Positions 38,199 through 51,199 of a stretch of 64,000 nucleotides of DNA are shown here, in pieces (position 1 is the stretch's first letter; each line of letters opens with the position of its first letter). Under the pieces are notes generated by a model. The model was not told where the DNA came from, searched no databases, and saw only the letters and a list, made by a program, of their open reading frames with translations. The DNA lies in NCBI GenBank assembly GCA_951406725.2, contig OX597831.1:55366001-55430000 (forward strand). The letters are read 5' to 3'. The translations under genes were made by a program, and so were the position numbers. This stretch comes from Octopus vulgaris. Taxonomy: Eukaryota.

Positions 38199-38325
38199 AT
38201 CTTACAGCTGTTTCGGCCATGCAGATATGGGTGTCTCATTTTGCTCATATTAGCCATGTGTGATAGGTCAGTATGTAGTTATAAATGAGACACTTACAAA
38301 AATATCCCAAGGCCTCTTCGGAGAT
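38199..38325 (-). ncRNA. Type I hammerhead-ribozyme-like motif with extended stem II
   Basis: ATCT-CCGAAGA-GGCC[92 nt incl. GTGTCTCATTT/AAATGAGACAC]GGCC-GAAACAGCTGTA^AGAT. Confidence 0.7.
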
Positions 38326-38865
38326 TATGAAATACAAACTAAATTAAATATGAATATCAGAGTAGGTACACCCATACAAGTGTGGGTACATACCCATAAT
38401 ATATCATATACTCATACTCCTATACATATACATAATAATATAAATCAATATACAAACATATGTTCCATATTCAATGTTACAGTTTTTCAACTTAATATTA
38501 TGATATTACAATGTAGAAAACATACACATATTAATACTCAAATGCAGACATACAAAGTCGAGAGTACATTATATTAATTTACAAAATGTCATTCATATTA
38601 ACATCATTACTATTATCATTACCACTATTGCTACTAATATCATTATTATTATTATTAATAACACTAATACTAGCAAAACAATATATGCATCACACGGTTA
38701 GCAACATAATAACAAAAACACGAACAACAATAGAACTACAGTACCATGCAAAGCATTAAGGATCTGCATATACATATAAAATGAAAAATAAAGGCATTTG
38801 GTTTACATGATATTAAGTTCCACAGGTGTATAAATGTACATGCGAGTGCAATCTATAATTTCATA

Positions 38866-39190
38866 TCATCATCATCATCATCATCGTTTAGCGTCCGCTT
38901 TCCATGCTAGCATGGGTTGGATGGTTCAACTGGGGTCTGGGAAGCCAGAAGGCTGCACCAGGCCCAGTCTGATCTGGCAATGTTTCTATGGCTGGATGCC
39001 CTTCCTAACGCCAACCACTCCATGAGTGTAGTGGGTGCTTTTTACGTGCCACCGACACAGGTGCCAGACGAGGCTGGCAACTGCCACGATCAGATGGTAC
39101 TTTTTACGTGCCACCGGCACAGCAGCCAGGCGAGGCTGGCAATGGCCACAATCGTATGGTGATTTTTACATGCCACTGGCACGGAGGCCA
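38866..39190 (-). mobile_element. RTE 3-prime end
   Basis: (CAT)n tail plus family sequence. Confidence 0.88.
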
Positions 39191-39484
39191 AATTTTGTAA
39201 AATTAATGTAGGGTAAGAAAAATTATAGAAATTTTTTCTACCAGTGACCTAGTATATATACAAAGTCAATAGACATAATTTTCATATAAAAATTTAGTGT
39301 ACAAGCTGTAACAGGTTGCCTAACATACTAGAAAGAACAGTCAAAAAGTCCCAACCACAGTTAAGAGCAATTTCAAAGGGAATGAAAAATACTTAAATGT
39401 ACACTAAATTTTTATATATATATATATATATATACACACACATATATACACATACTCCCCACTCACGAATATAACGGTATTATG

Positions 39485-39668
39485 CATGGCACGTAAAAAA
39501 CACCCACTACACTCGCGGAGTGGTTGGCGTTAGGAAGGGCATCCAGCCGTAGAAACACTGCCAGATCTGACTGGGCCTGACGAAGCCTTCCAGCTTCACA
39601 GACCCCAGTTGACCCGTCCAACCCATGCTAGCATGGAAAGCGGACGCTAAACGATGATGATGATGATG
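39485..39668 (+). mobile_element. RTE 3-prime end, inverted relative to the 38866 copy
   Basis: ...cggacgctaaacgatgatgatgatgatg. Confidence 0.88.
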
Positions 39669-39805
39669 CATTTATATATTCAATTCAATATATGTAACTT
39701 CTTTTATTTTTTTTTTTTTAAATATATATCTATATTTTGAATAAATTATTTATTATCTGGATTACAAAGTGAAAACAAATTTTTTTTCTTTTATGCCTAT
39801 TGTAG

Positions 39806-39947
39806 AAAAGATTCTGAAAACCTTGGCCAAAAGTGGAAGCGTGGAGTTCCTATTGAAGTCTTGCCAGTTGCTTATCGACCAGTGAAACTAAAAATTGAAG
39901 CTATGCTTGGTGGAGTGGCTAAACTACGAATGGCTGAGTACAAAGCT
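39806..39947 (+). CDS. RPIA: RPIA exon (142 nt)
   Basis: attgtag|...|gtaagt; KDSENLGQKWKRGVPIEVLPVAYRPVKLKIEAMLGGVAKLRMAEYKA with the PIEV motif; phase consistent. Confidence 0.96.
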
Positions 39948-40193
39948 GTAAGTATTTATGATTTGTGTATGTAAAATGTGTAAATACTTTATTATGGTTG
40001 TGTGTTAAGAAGCTTGCTTCCCAACCACATGGTTCCAGGTTCAGTCCCACTGGGTGGCACCTTGGGTAAGTGTCTTCTACTATGGCCTCAGGCTGACCAA
40101 CCCCTTGTGAGTGGATTTGGCAGATGGAAATTGAAACAAGCCCATTGTGTATGTGTGTGTGTGTGTATAAAAACATATATATATGAACATATA

Positions 40194-40224
<31 letters not shown>

Positions 40225-40245
40225 ATATATATTTGTGTGTATGTG

Positions 40246-40281
<36 letters not shown>

Positions 40282-40989
40282 CATACATACATACATTATA
40301 TATATAGCATACTTCTGTATGTCTTCTCAAATCACAGTCACAGGAAAAGTTGTTGATAATTCCTATCAACAAAAACAAAGCTGATAAATACTCACAAGTA
40401 TTGCTAAATAAGTTTATTTATCAATAAACATCAACTTGAATAACACTTTGCTCAACCAACAGAGGAAGGTGACCGATCAAACTGACTATGTAAACAGAAT
40501 TCTGATTGGTTGTTAAAGTAAAATGTGACTTTTAACATGAAATTTCATGTGTTTGGCACCTACTTATTTGTGATCACTTCTAGCTCTGTGATATAAAGCT
40601 TGTTTTAAAATATCCATATTGAAATTGAAGCCTTCCAGCTATATAGACTTCCTTGTTGCAAACACTAACTTGTTGTAGTCATAAAAATTGTTGATTCATC
40701 ATCGTCATCATCACTAATGTTTTAACATACATTTTTCCTTGCTTTGCATGAGTTGGACCTAATTTGTTGAGGTGGATTTTCTATGGGTGGATGCCCTTCC
40801 AGTTGCCAACCCTCACCTGTTTCTGAGTAGAGTAATATTTCCCTGTGACCAGACATGTTTCCATGGAAGATTGGAAATGAGCGACGGTGAAACTCTCTCA
40901 CAACTGTCATGTGATGCCAAAGCAAGGAAACATTAATACACTCACACACACATTTGTGTGTGTGTGTGTGTATGTGTAAAGAAGTGCCG

Positions 40990-41351
40990 ATCTCTAATTG
41001 TGGTGAGAACCTGTGGAAGAGGTAAACCCAGGAAGATATGGGATGAAATGGTGAAATATGATCTTTGGATGTTGAGTCTCATGGAGATGATGAGAAGTCA
41101 CCAAGACTTTAGGCAATTTTCCTTGCTTGAAAAGATACATCAAGCTAAGTGAAATCATAGTTGTAGCCAGTGCTGATGACACGTAAAAGACACCTGGTAC
41201 ACGCTATGGGGTGGTTGGCATTAGGAAGGGCATCCAGCTGTAGAAACCAAGCCAAAACAGACTAAAGCCTGGTGCAGCTCTTCAGCTTACTAGTTCCACT
41301 CAAACCATTTAACCCATGCCAGCATGGAAAATGAATGGTGATGATGATGAT
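40990..41351 (+). mobile_element. RTE 3-prime fragment
   Basis: TCGRGKPRKIWDEMVKYDL; (GAT)n tail. Confidence 0.82.
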
Positions 41352-41440
41352 TGACCCCCCCCCAAAAAAACATGGTATTTTGTAAGAAATATAGCCACGA
41401 AAGGGTAAAACATTTATGTATTTATATTTTTCTATTGCAG

Positions 41441-41540
41441 GGCCCAATTGTTACTGATAATGGTAATTTTGTCCTTGATTGGCTATTTGAAGAACATGCT
41501 GACTGGGTAGAGGTGAATACTGCAATCAAATTGATTCCAG
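41441..41540 (+). CDS. RPIA: RPIA exon (100 nt)
   Basis: tctattgcag|...|gtaaat; GPIVTDNGNFVLDWLFEEHADWVEVNTAIKLIP with the TDNGN motif. Confidence 0.97.
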
Positions 41541-43040
41541 GTAAATATAATTTGGACATGCACCTTTCTAAAATACATCCAGTAATTACATTCCATTTTG
41601 TTTGTTGTTGGTGGTGTGTTGTTCCGCCACCCCAGACCAACTCTGATCAAGCAGATATTATTATCAGAGTTATTCCAGCCATGACCACACAATCTTTATT
41701 TAGGGGTATATCTTGGCAAGAAATTTGGTTGTTATTTCCTACTGGATGAGCTACCACAGTGGGTCGATTATATCTGCTTGTAGCTGGGCAAAATGCTTAA
41801 CAAAATTTCATTTGTCTTTATACTCTGAGTTTAAATTCCACTGAGGTTGACTTTGCCTTTCATCCTTTTGTAGTTGATAAAATAAGTACCAGTTGGGTAT
41901 TAGGGTTGATGTAATTGACTAGCCCCCCTCCCCCCGTAAAAATGGAGTGGTAGCTAAGCAATAGAATAATAGTAATATTAAAAGTGAAAGAGGGAATGGT
42001 GGGGGTGTATGTTGGCACAAAAGTGACATCGGAGAGAGTAATGTGAGAGAAAGCGATGGGTAGCAATAAAGATGGGTGTTGGTGGGGCAAAGGAATACTA
42101 ACGGATGCAAGGCTATTCCTTGTTACTTAGGTGACATGATGGAAGTAGGTAGCGTGATAAAGTGTTATTATATGGAGGTGGAATTAGAGATAGATCCACT
42201 GTCACTCTTTGTTACATCCTTTCAACATTGTTTTGCCATGCTTGCATGGGAAGGCAGTTTTCTTGAGCACTGCATGTCACCATTCTGCATAATGTTTTGC
42301 CATTGTCTTTGTGAGATCCAGTTTCTTAAGATCAGTCTTCACCACTTCACCCAATGTCTTCCCAAGTCTCCTATCACAGGTTCCAACTGCTTCAAGCATG
42401 CAACACTTCTGTGTGCAATTGACATACTCTTTATGCATCGTGTTCCCACACAAGTGCTGTCTTCTTGCTTCCATAGTACACTTGATTCTCCTCATATATG
42501 TGCTCCATTATTCATGCACACTAACATTATACATCCAGTGGAGCATACTTGCTTCATTTCTTTCTAACCTTTACAAATCTTCCCCAAAGGCTAGCTGGTA
42601 CTACTACAACACAACATCACACATTGTACAGAAGCATCATACAATCCATCCTTCTCCTTTTGTTACCAGTAAGGATAAATAACTCCCTGTACTTTTCCAC
42701 CATATTCTCACTCTAGCTACTATGCTTTCAGACCACATACCTGGATGTTGTGAAACCATATTAATTAGACAAGCTTGTTAAGCAGCCAACTGCTTTAAGA
42801 AACCTTGAATCTATTTCATGTTCTCTTACTGCTCACTGCTCCTGTGTATCTCCTATTTACAAAGTCTAACTCTTCTGTCAGCCTACTTGTGATTACATTA
42901 CATCTCCATAGTTAACACTAGGTGCACCTTATGGAAATTTCTTCCTGCACCTTTTCTTTTCTTGCTTCCTTTCATCATCGTCATCACTTAACATCTGCAT
43001 TTCCATGCTTGCATAGATCAGATAGATTTCAAGTAGATAT

Positions 43041-43273
43041 TTATTTCTTTACTACCCACAAGGGGCTAAACACAGAGGGGACAAACAAGGACAGACAAAG
43101 GGATTAAGTCGATTATATCGACCCCAGTGCGTAACTGGTACTTAATTTATCGACCCCGGGAGGATGAAAGGCAAAGTTGACCTCGGCGGAATTTGAACTC
43201 GGAACGTAACGACAGACAAAATACGGCTACGCATTTCGCCCAGCGTGCCAATGCTTCTGCCAGCTCGCCACCT
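43041..43273 (-). mobile_element. SINE family B
   Basis: Near full length; similar to 52014-52248. Confidence 0.88.
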
Positions 43274-44693
43274 TCAAGTAGATATTCTACAGTTGGATAA
43301 CCTTCCTCTCACCAACCCTCATTTATTTCCAAGCAAGGGAATGTTCTCCCTTAGCCAGACACATTTCCATAGAAGACTGAAAATAAGGAACTCTGCTTGT
43401 ATGAGAGTAAAGCTCTCACTATTAAATGGAATGAGTAGACATGCACGCATACATACACTTCTTTTGTATTTACTGAAACTTTAGCCTTTGCTAAATTTGT
43501 GAGGCGTCTTAATTCTAGATTTTATGTCCATATCAAAATTTTCTACAGGTTAAGTTATAAGAATTAGGTCATCAAAAACAGGTGTTCCAGCAAACAGCTC
43601 TTCTGTAAACTTTTGTTTATGACCTGGGGGATTTTTATTAACAGGGAAGGGCTGAAGATAAGGTCATATCATGATGAAATATGCTAATCTGATTCCATTT
43701 CAGATTGTTTATATATATTTTTTTCTTTTTATAATTTGTTCTAAAAGGAGGGATTTTATCTGTGGCCTTCAGAGACATGTGAGATCAACAGGGTTGATAA
43801 CAGATGCAGGGACAATGGAGAAGAATTCCAGAAGAATGATATTCTGGCAAAGAGGTTACTGATCAGAGAAAGTTGTTAGTGTAAGTGTGGTGGTGGGTAA
43901 TATAGTTGAGTGGGAGGTGGCATAAGACCATAAGTTGTGAAGGAGAGGCCACTGTAGCAGTAATAGAAAAAGCAGAGTGAGGAAATAGCATGTTTGCTGG
44001 CTTCCATCCGTTTTTGGCACTCATTGTTCCTGGGAGGGTTGTGAGAGTTGAATCCTCAGACACCTCCTCCTCCTCTGTAGAGTCCCATCTGAAGCAACTG
44101 TCATTATGCTTTCCTGCTGAATTTCCTACTGTGACCAACTGAAGCTATTATCCAACTGTCTCATTCTTGGTCTATGCTGGTGTTTCCCAACCTATTTCCC
44201 CCCACCCAGGCCCCAGAAAAATGTATGCCCCACTGGTGGTTGGGAAAAAAGTATAGGTGTTGTATGTTTTCTGTGAAAAAAAAAGATTTTCACAATTCCA
44301 TGTCCCACTAAGAATAAAAATTTTTTAATTTTGGATCCCATTCCCCAATACATTGGAGGGAGTCACTGGTCTACACCTAGGTCTCTTGCCAGTTAGTTCA
44401 GCTTGAAGAATTTGTCTTGCAATTCTTTCCTAGTGGTATCCTAACTTTACTCCAGAGATCCTTTGAAGGCACCTGATTTCAGCTGCTTGTATTTGCAAAT
44501 GTACTCTTTTGGTCATAGAATCTTTTGTGCAAAAATTAACTCTTTAGGAAATGTTAGAAATAAGTGTGTTCAAGTAGTTGTATTGTTGTGTAGAAATATA
44601 ATTTAATTTGAACAAACAGTTCTGTAAACAGATCTACACAATTAAACTGTTGAATGGGTTTAAGGGAATAGATGAAACCTTAATTAAATCCTT

Positions 44694-45144
44694 TTAACTC
44701 TTCAGTATTTAAACCAGCTATATCCAGCCAAAATATTTTATCAGTTTTATGTTCAAACTAACCAGATCTGGCCTCTTACAGTATTAGTCTAGAGATAAAC
44801 AATCATGTCATTGAAAGCTCAAAGTTACAAGATAATGCATGATTAATTCAAATGAATGTGAAAAAAATCAGCATTGCATTTGACAGAGTTGTCTGAATGC
44901 TAAAGGGTTAATGATTTAACCCTTTTGTTACTAACCTGGCTGAAACCAGCTCTGGCCCTGAGTACAAATGTCTTGTTTCCATAAGTTTTGAATTAAAATC
45001 TTCCACCAAACCTTTGTCACAATTTATGTTCCTAACACTAGCTGAATGATAACTAAGTTATTTTACTCAATTCTTTGTTATATTTAAAGTAATTGAAAGA
45101 AACGCAGAGCATCTTAAAAATAAATACAGTGACAAAAGGGTTAA
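44694..45144. mobile_element. Two adjacent piggyBac-type MITEs (44694-44911 and 44916-45144)
   Basis: Each bounded by TTAA and ccc/ggg-type TIRs, e.g. TTAAcccttttgttac...gacaaaagggTTAA. Confidence 0.85.
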
Positions 45145-45793
45145 TATGGTGGGGACATTCCAAGTGAGCAAAAAGTCAAACTTTGATTATGAATCAGTCG
45201 AAAGAGTTCAGTAAATCCAGATATTGGTAGATAACAAGATATGATCGTTATACCACTGCTACTACCTCATTTGATACAGTCTATCCATCCATCTTCTCTG
45301 CCCACTATTTCTGGAAGGATAGCGGGAGTAAAATCCTCAAGGTGCTTTCTCCATAACTACTATAAAAAGCAGTTATCATTTACACTTTCTTGCTGGAATC
45401 CCAAGTGTAACCAACTGAGACAGTGGATATTATCCAACTATCTTGTTCTTGCTCCACCCTTAGGGCTTCTTCCAGTTGGTTCAACTTGAAGAAATCTGTT
45501 TCCTTCAATAGTTTAACCTCATGTCTATATTACCAGAGCAGTGACCTTTCAATGCAGAGGAGTGGTTTGACCTGGAAAGACTCTTTGATCTCCAGGCTAA
45601 ATACCCTGTAGAGTAACGTTACTCTAGAAATCCTTCAGAGAAACCCTGTTTAGGCCATTAGTATTCGCTCATACTCTTTCAGTCATTACCAGACATTCAT
45701 AACCATGAGGATAAGCATTGAAATCAAATTGAAAATGTTTGCAGTTTTCTTATTTACAATTCTTTTTTTTATTTATTTTCTGTTATCTTTCAG

Positions 45794-45903
45794 GTGTTGT
45801 TGAAACTGGTCTGTTCTTGAATTTGGCGAAAGTAGCATATTTTGGTAATGCTGACGGCACAGTAAAAGTACGCAAAGCACCTGGTGTGCAGAATTGCTGC
45901 TAA
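45794..45903 (+). CDS. RPIA: RPIA last coding exon (110 nt including TAA)
   Basis: atctttcag|; (G)VVETGLFLNLAKVAYFGNADGTVKVRKAPGVQNCC* with the PGVVETGLF motif across the junction. Confidence 0.96.
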
Positions 45904-48900
45904 TATGTAGTCTATTCTGTCAAACTGAAGCCAGTGGTTCTGATAAAAAGGAAAAGAAGGAAAGAAAAATAGCCTCAAAATCTCCATATTACCATACCCT
46001 CAACATTTTTATTTATTTTTTAAATTGTAAAATTTAGTGAAATTTTATGAATAATCATATTCATTTACATTTCATCTTTTCTTTCTTTCTCAGTTATATA
46101 CATTAATAATCTACTTCTTCATAATGTTTATATTGTCTGAAACTACTTTTATATCTGTGTCTGGCTATATTGATATAACAAGCATCAGCTATTAAATGAT
46201 AAGCTTTTATTTATCTTATGAGAATGCCCTCCCCATCCATTCTCCACTCTACCCCTGACTGCCATTATAGCCTTATTAGACGTTTTCCCCTCATAAACAC
46301 CATTATCAAAGCTACAATTAATATAATATTTTTGTTTTTCCAAAAAAAAAAAAAAACTAATTATATCCTGTACAAATTACCCTCATATTAACCTATCCTC
46401 CTCTCATGATAGTTACATTCAGACTATCGTGGCTACAAAATATCATTTTGGCTTGATCTGCTACATTCTTTCCCAGCTGGCAGAATCAGGAGAGCATCAG
46501 ACAAAATTTCTGCAATATTTAGTTTGCAGCTTTTTACATTCTGAGTTCAAATCCTGTCGAAGCCAGTTTTGCTTTGTACCCTTCCAGGGTCAATAAAATA
46601 AAAGTTATCAGTTGAATACTGAAATCGATTTAATATTCATATAATAGAGATGTTTTGTATGTTGTTAACATGAGGAGAGTTTTGGCCCTCTCTATTAAAA
46701 TCCAATCAGAATCAATTTAACTTTTCATTCCTCTAGGGTTAGTAAAGGAAGTAGCAGTAATATGCAGGGGGTTTGATTCAGTCAACACTGCTTGTTGTGT
46801 GCATGAACAGGCAGGTGTGCTGGTTGTGTTTAAATCTATGTCATTGTTTGTTTGTCAGACACCTGCTCAGCTTAGTGAAATTTGTTACCAAGGCAATTGC
46901 TTAGTTAGTAACTTTCTAAATTGCATAAGGTTGCATGAAGTGTATTGTGAAAGTGTCCAGTCAGTTTTATTTCTTTTTAAGTACATATAATGGAATAGAT
47001 TATTTAAAGATATCTTTGCAATGTGAATGTCTGTGTTAAATTAATGGAGCCATTAATTTAAAAAAAAGTTTTATAGATGTTTCATAGCTGACATCTTAAA
47101 TCTGGACCAATTTACCATGAGTAATTTAAAAATTTTATGCATGGTTGCTCAAAATAGTTTTTAAAGAGATATATGTACACCCAAATTTAATGAAGTAGTT
47201 GCTTGGTTGGTTATTATATTGTAGAAAAGTTTGTATTTAATTCACACCATGACTATTAAACTTATAAAAAATGTTTGAACTGTTTTTTTTTGTATGTTCA
47301 CGATCATAACCTTCATTCTTCAAGGTTGGTTTAGAAGCCTGTCCCAAGTCAACCCTGATCAAGTACACATATACTCAAGACATTGAAACTTTAATCATGC
47401 TGTCTTTATTGAGATTACATTAGATAATGTCACCTTTTTTTTTTTTTTAGATAAATTTTGCTGCTGTTTCTAACAGGTTGAGTAACTATGATGAGGCTCT
47501 CCTGTTAGTCACAATGTTGCTATTTAGCCCTAAGTTATCCCTGCTTGAACAGGCCTATGTTCAAAGGCATTCCAATCATCAACATCCCTGTCTCTTTTTT
47601 TCTTTTTATCCCCTAAATGGAGATTTGGTTGCTGTTTCTAGCAAGTCAAGTAACCATGTAGAGGCTGTCTCACTGATTGCAGTTGGATTTTTTTGGTATG
47701 GCTGAAGATCTTTCTCTGCATGTCTTCTAGTAGGTTGTAGTTAGAACGTCTTCAGTCAATTAGCACAATGCTATCATCCATCATGTTCCTCAGTAATTAA
47801 AATGATTAATATTTGATTTGTGCTTCACTTCTCATAACTCTAGATTTTTTTCCTCTGTAAATTTTCTTGTGCCATACAATGAAAATTCCCGAAGTGTTTT
47901 TACTTCATTGGAGTTATCTCTTTACATGGCTTTTAAAACATTTTGTTCAGAAAGTACTTTCATTTTTTTTCCTTCTCAGACATAAATGGAAAAAAAAAAA
48001 TTGGTGTACTTATTTCTTTCTGCGTGTGTGTGATTATTAGTAGTATTTTAAGTATTAACTATGGTTTTCTTTATCTCTAAGTGCGTGATTAAGAACAATT
48101 TTAAATAAAATAATTTTTTTAAAATGATGATAAATGTAGTAGATAACATTACTTAGGTTAATCTCATCTTGTTTTTAATTAAAAATGATCTTAAGCAATA
48201 TTTTCATCTCATTTAGATATTCTATGTTAATGTGTTTAATCTAGCAGGTAGATTTATCAAGTTGTCATATCTATGAGGCTGTTCTTTATTTCTATTAATT
48301 TTTAAAATATTTATCATGTACAATAGTCATGTAAAGCTCCTAACTTCAAGAGTAAAGAACAATTTTGGCATGATTCTCATTTTTCTCTGATAGTACCAAT
48401 ACAATTCTGCACTGCAGTTTTCCATGAACTTTTAAATTTTGGATCAAATCCAAGCATGGGAAGGTGTACGTTACCTGTAGATGAAAGAAATCAAAATTCA
48501 AGGAAATATGAAGTGGATAATATTAATGTTAAAAAAAAATATTAGAATTCTCATAGTCACTTTAAAACTATTTAGTTATTGAATAGATTTTCTTATCTGG
48601 CCAACATACACCACTGCAAGTCTTTATCTGACACAGTAATGTTTGTTAGTAATTTTTTTTTTTCCTAGTAGTTTAGCATAGGAAGTGAAGTACTCCCTAA
48701 TCTCTTTTTAGAACCTGGGGAACTAGTAAATTTCACAGACCAACAACTTGATCTGAATAGGCACTCATAGGCCAGGTGATAGTATTAACCTGGTGTTAGG
48801 TTAAGTGTAGTTTTGTTACAGAATGAGAATGATGAGTTACATTCGGTTTTCTTTGTCATTGTTCCTGTTTGATTCCATGAATTTTTATATGTATTCTTTG

Positions 48901-48922
48901 ATATCTTAACTCTTCGTACATG

Positions 48923-48927
<5 letters not shown>

Positions 48928-48958
<31 letters not shown>

Positions 48959-48963
48959 GTACA

Positions 48964-48999
<36 letters not shown>

Positions 49000-49091
49000 C
49001 ACATGTACATGTGTGTGTATATATATATATATATATATACACATGTACATGTGTGTGTGTGTGTATATATATATATATACACACATGTACA

Positions 49092-49140
<49 letters not shown>

Positions 49141-49184
49141 GTAAACATATATGGCTGTATATATATAGATATATACATATGTTC

Positions 49185-49215
<31 letters not shown>

Positions 49216-49235
49216 CATACATACATATATATGCA
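48928..49235. repeat. Compound (TA)n/(TG)n minisatellite with palindromic cores
   Basis: Four units containing ACACATGTACATGTGT. Confidence 0.9.
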
Positions 49236-49432
49236 TACATTTATTACTATGTGTAGGAAAATACACACATGCATGCATGCATATATAGTTATCTGGTATG
49301 TAAAAAATATGTGTGTGTATGTGTGCATATGCTGTCAAATGTCCCTCAAAAAAGAAATCATCTAGCAGAATAATAAAATTTCCCAAAACATTGTGTACAA
49401 CCAAAGGCCAATATGTATCAAAATTCTATATA

Positions 49433-49438
49433 AATAAA
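49433..49438 (+). terminator. Candidate polyadenylation signal for RPIA
   Basis: AATAAA followed by a GT/T-rich tract (gttgtttgtaattcttttgtt) at the end of a relatively repeat-poor 3.5 kb after the stop; other AATAAA hexamers lie upstream, so tentative. Confidence 0.3.
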
Positions 49439-50079
49439 ACAGACTCTGGTTAAATTAATGTTGTTTGTAATTCTTTTGTTAGTTTCCCTATTTGAATTAT
49501 TTGTAGTAATTGATCTTGATCCTTACTTTGATACATTTTCTTAAACTACATTAATCATCATCATTGTTCGACCGTGGTCGAGACTTTCATAGTCTTTTCA
49601 AATGGCTAATAATGTGTGCGTGCGCCACTACTACACACATTGGAAAGCATTGTACAACCAAGCACTAAAGAAGATCTTTCCTCCTCCATGAAACAAAGCT
49701 GTTCCCACTGGACGTCAACCCAGTATTTCTAAGCTACGGACCCAGTGATTTATTGTAAGGTTATCTCCCTAGATAGATTGCCTTCACTACGGCTAAGGAG
49801 CCCTTTCTACATTAAACTAATGATGGCTAACAATTACTTAGTGAGTTAATCTCCCAACAAGTCTAGTCTGTAATCCAGTGTTTATTACCAAGTATAACCT
49901 GACATCACTGCTGACACAGAAAGTAAATATTTATGTGCACATGTGTACGTACATATATATCTAAATAATATCAATCATATTGATGACAGTTGTAAACAGT
50001 ATTTACAACAACTTGTGTAGCAAAGCACTTGAGTTTGAGTGATTGATAACATTTCAATTAAGGCTGTCAGCAAGATATG

Positions 50080-51085
50080 GTGCAGTCCTTAGTGTAGGCA
50101 TGATGAAAGATAAGCTCTGGTGAGATTGTGGAGATGCTTGAGTGGCTGTGTACAAGAGATATGATGGAAAGGATCCTCAGCCAAAACAATCACAGTCAAA
50201 AAGCAGCAATACAAATTCTTCTGGGTTAGTAACAGTGATGGTAGAAAAGGTGTAGCCATAGTGTTTGCCGAGAAATGGATAGATAAAGCAACTGAGTTAA
50301 AGTGAGGGATGGGATAATCCAGACAAGAGTATTAAGAGAACAGCAATATTTATCTTTGCACACAATCTACAATCAGGATTGACAGATGAACAGAAGTACT
50401 GTTTCTATGAGACCTGTCTGTAGGCTTCTTCAACAACAATTATGACTTCCTTATTGTGATTAGTGACTTTAACAGGCATGTTGGTCAAAACCACGATGGC
50501 TTCTAGAGAAGTGTAAATCCTCCTGGAGTTCTGTGAAGCAACTGATCTCCAACAGTTTACTGCACATACTTCAAGAAATTGACCAGCCTTTCATCACCTA
50601 CAAATCTGGTGAGCAAGTCTTAGATCTTATCTCCTCTCATTAAGAAACGTGATAGTCAGGCCATTGTAAATGCCTCAACTTTTGTGGTGAATGACTTGTA
50701 GATACAGATGCTAAAAGAATCTGCATTTGGTCATATTTTCAGTGAAATTCTAAGTGATGTATGTGACTAGGGAGGAGATAGATACGAAATAATCTATTGA
50801 AAACTACAGACCTGATGTAAGATCCCAAGCAAACTGAAGGTGATAGAATAACACAGTAAATAGTGCTGTAAAAACAGGTTTGGAAATTATGGAAGAAAGA
50901 TAGAAGTAGAGAGCATTATGAAGTATCTATTAGGGAAGCTAGGTGACAGATATGCTGAGAGAAGAAGCAGAAAAGAAGAGACTTGCACATGTTATATGGT
51001 GTTCAGGATCACAAGACAGTGTTAGAGAAAACCAAGATGTCATTGGATTATGTATATCTGAAATGACAAAGGCTCACTTGCCAGA
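50080..51085 (+). mobile_element. Highly decayed RTE APE-domain fragment
   Basis: Remnants FFWV..GVAIVFAEKWID, VISDFNRHVG, LLEFCEA. Confidence 0.7.
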
Positions 51086-51199
51086 AACTTGAAGGTCTTT
51101 GATAAAGTGCCATACTTTAAACTTCTGGTCATTAAGGAAATTTAGCTATTGATGAACACCTTGTGAAAGCTGCTCAAGTTATTTACTATCCGGTATACC

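Noticed and set aside
41351-41749. 132-aa ORF as a standalone gene
   Set aside because: Only 41441-41540 is the RPIA exon; the rest is intron read-through.
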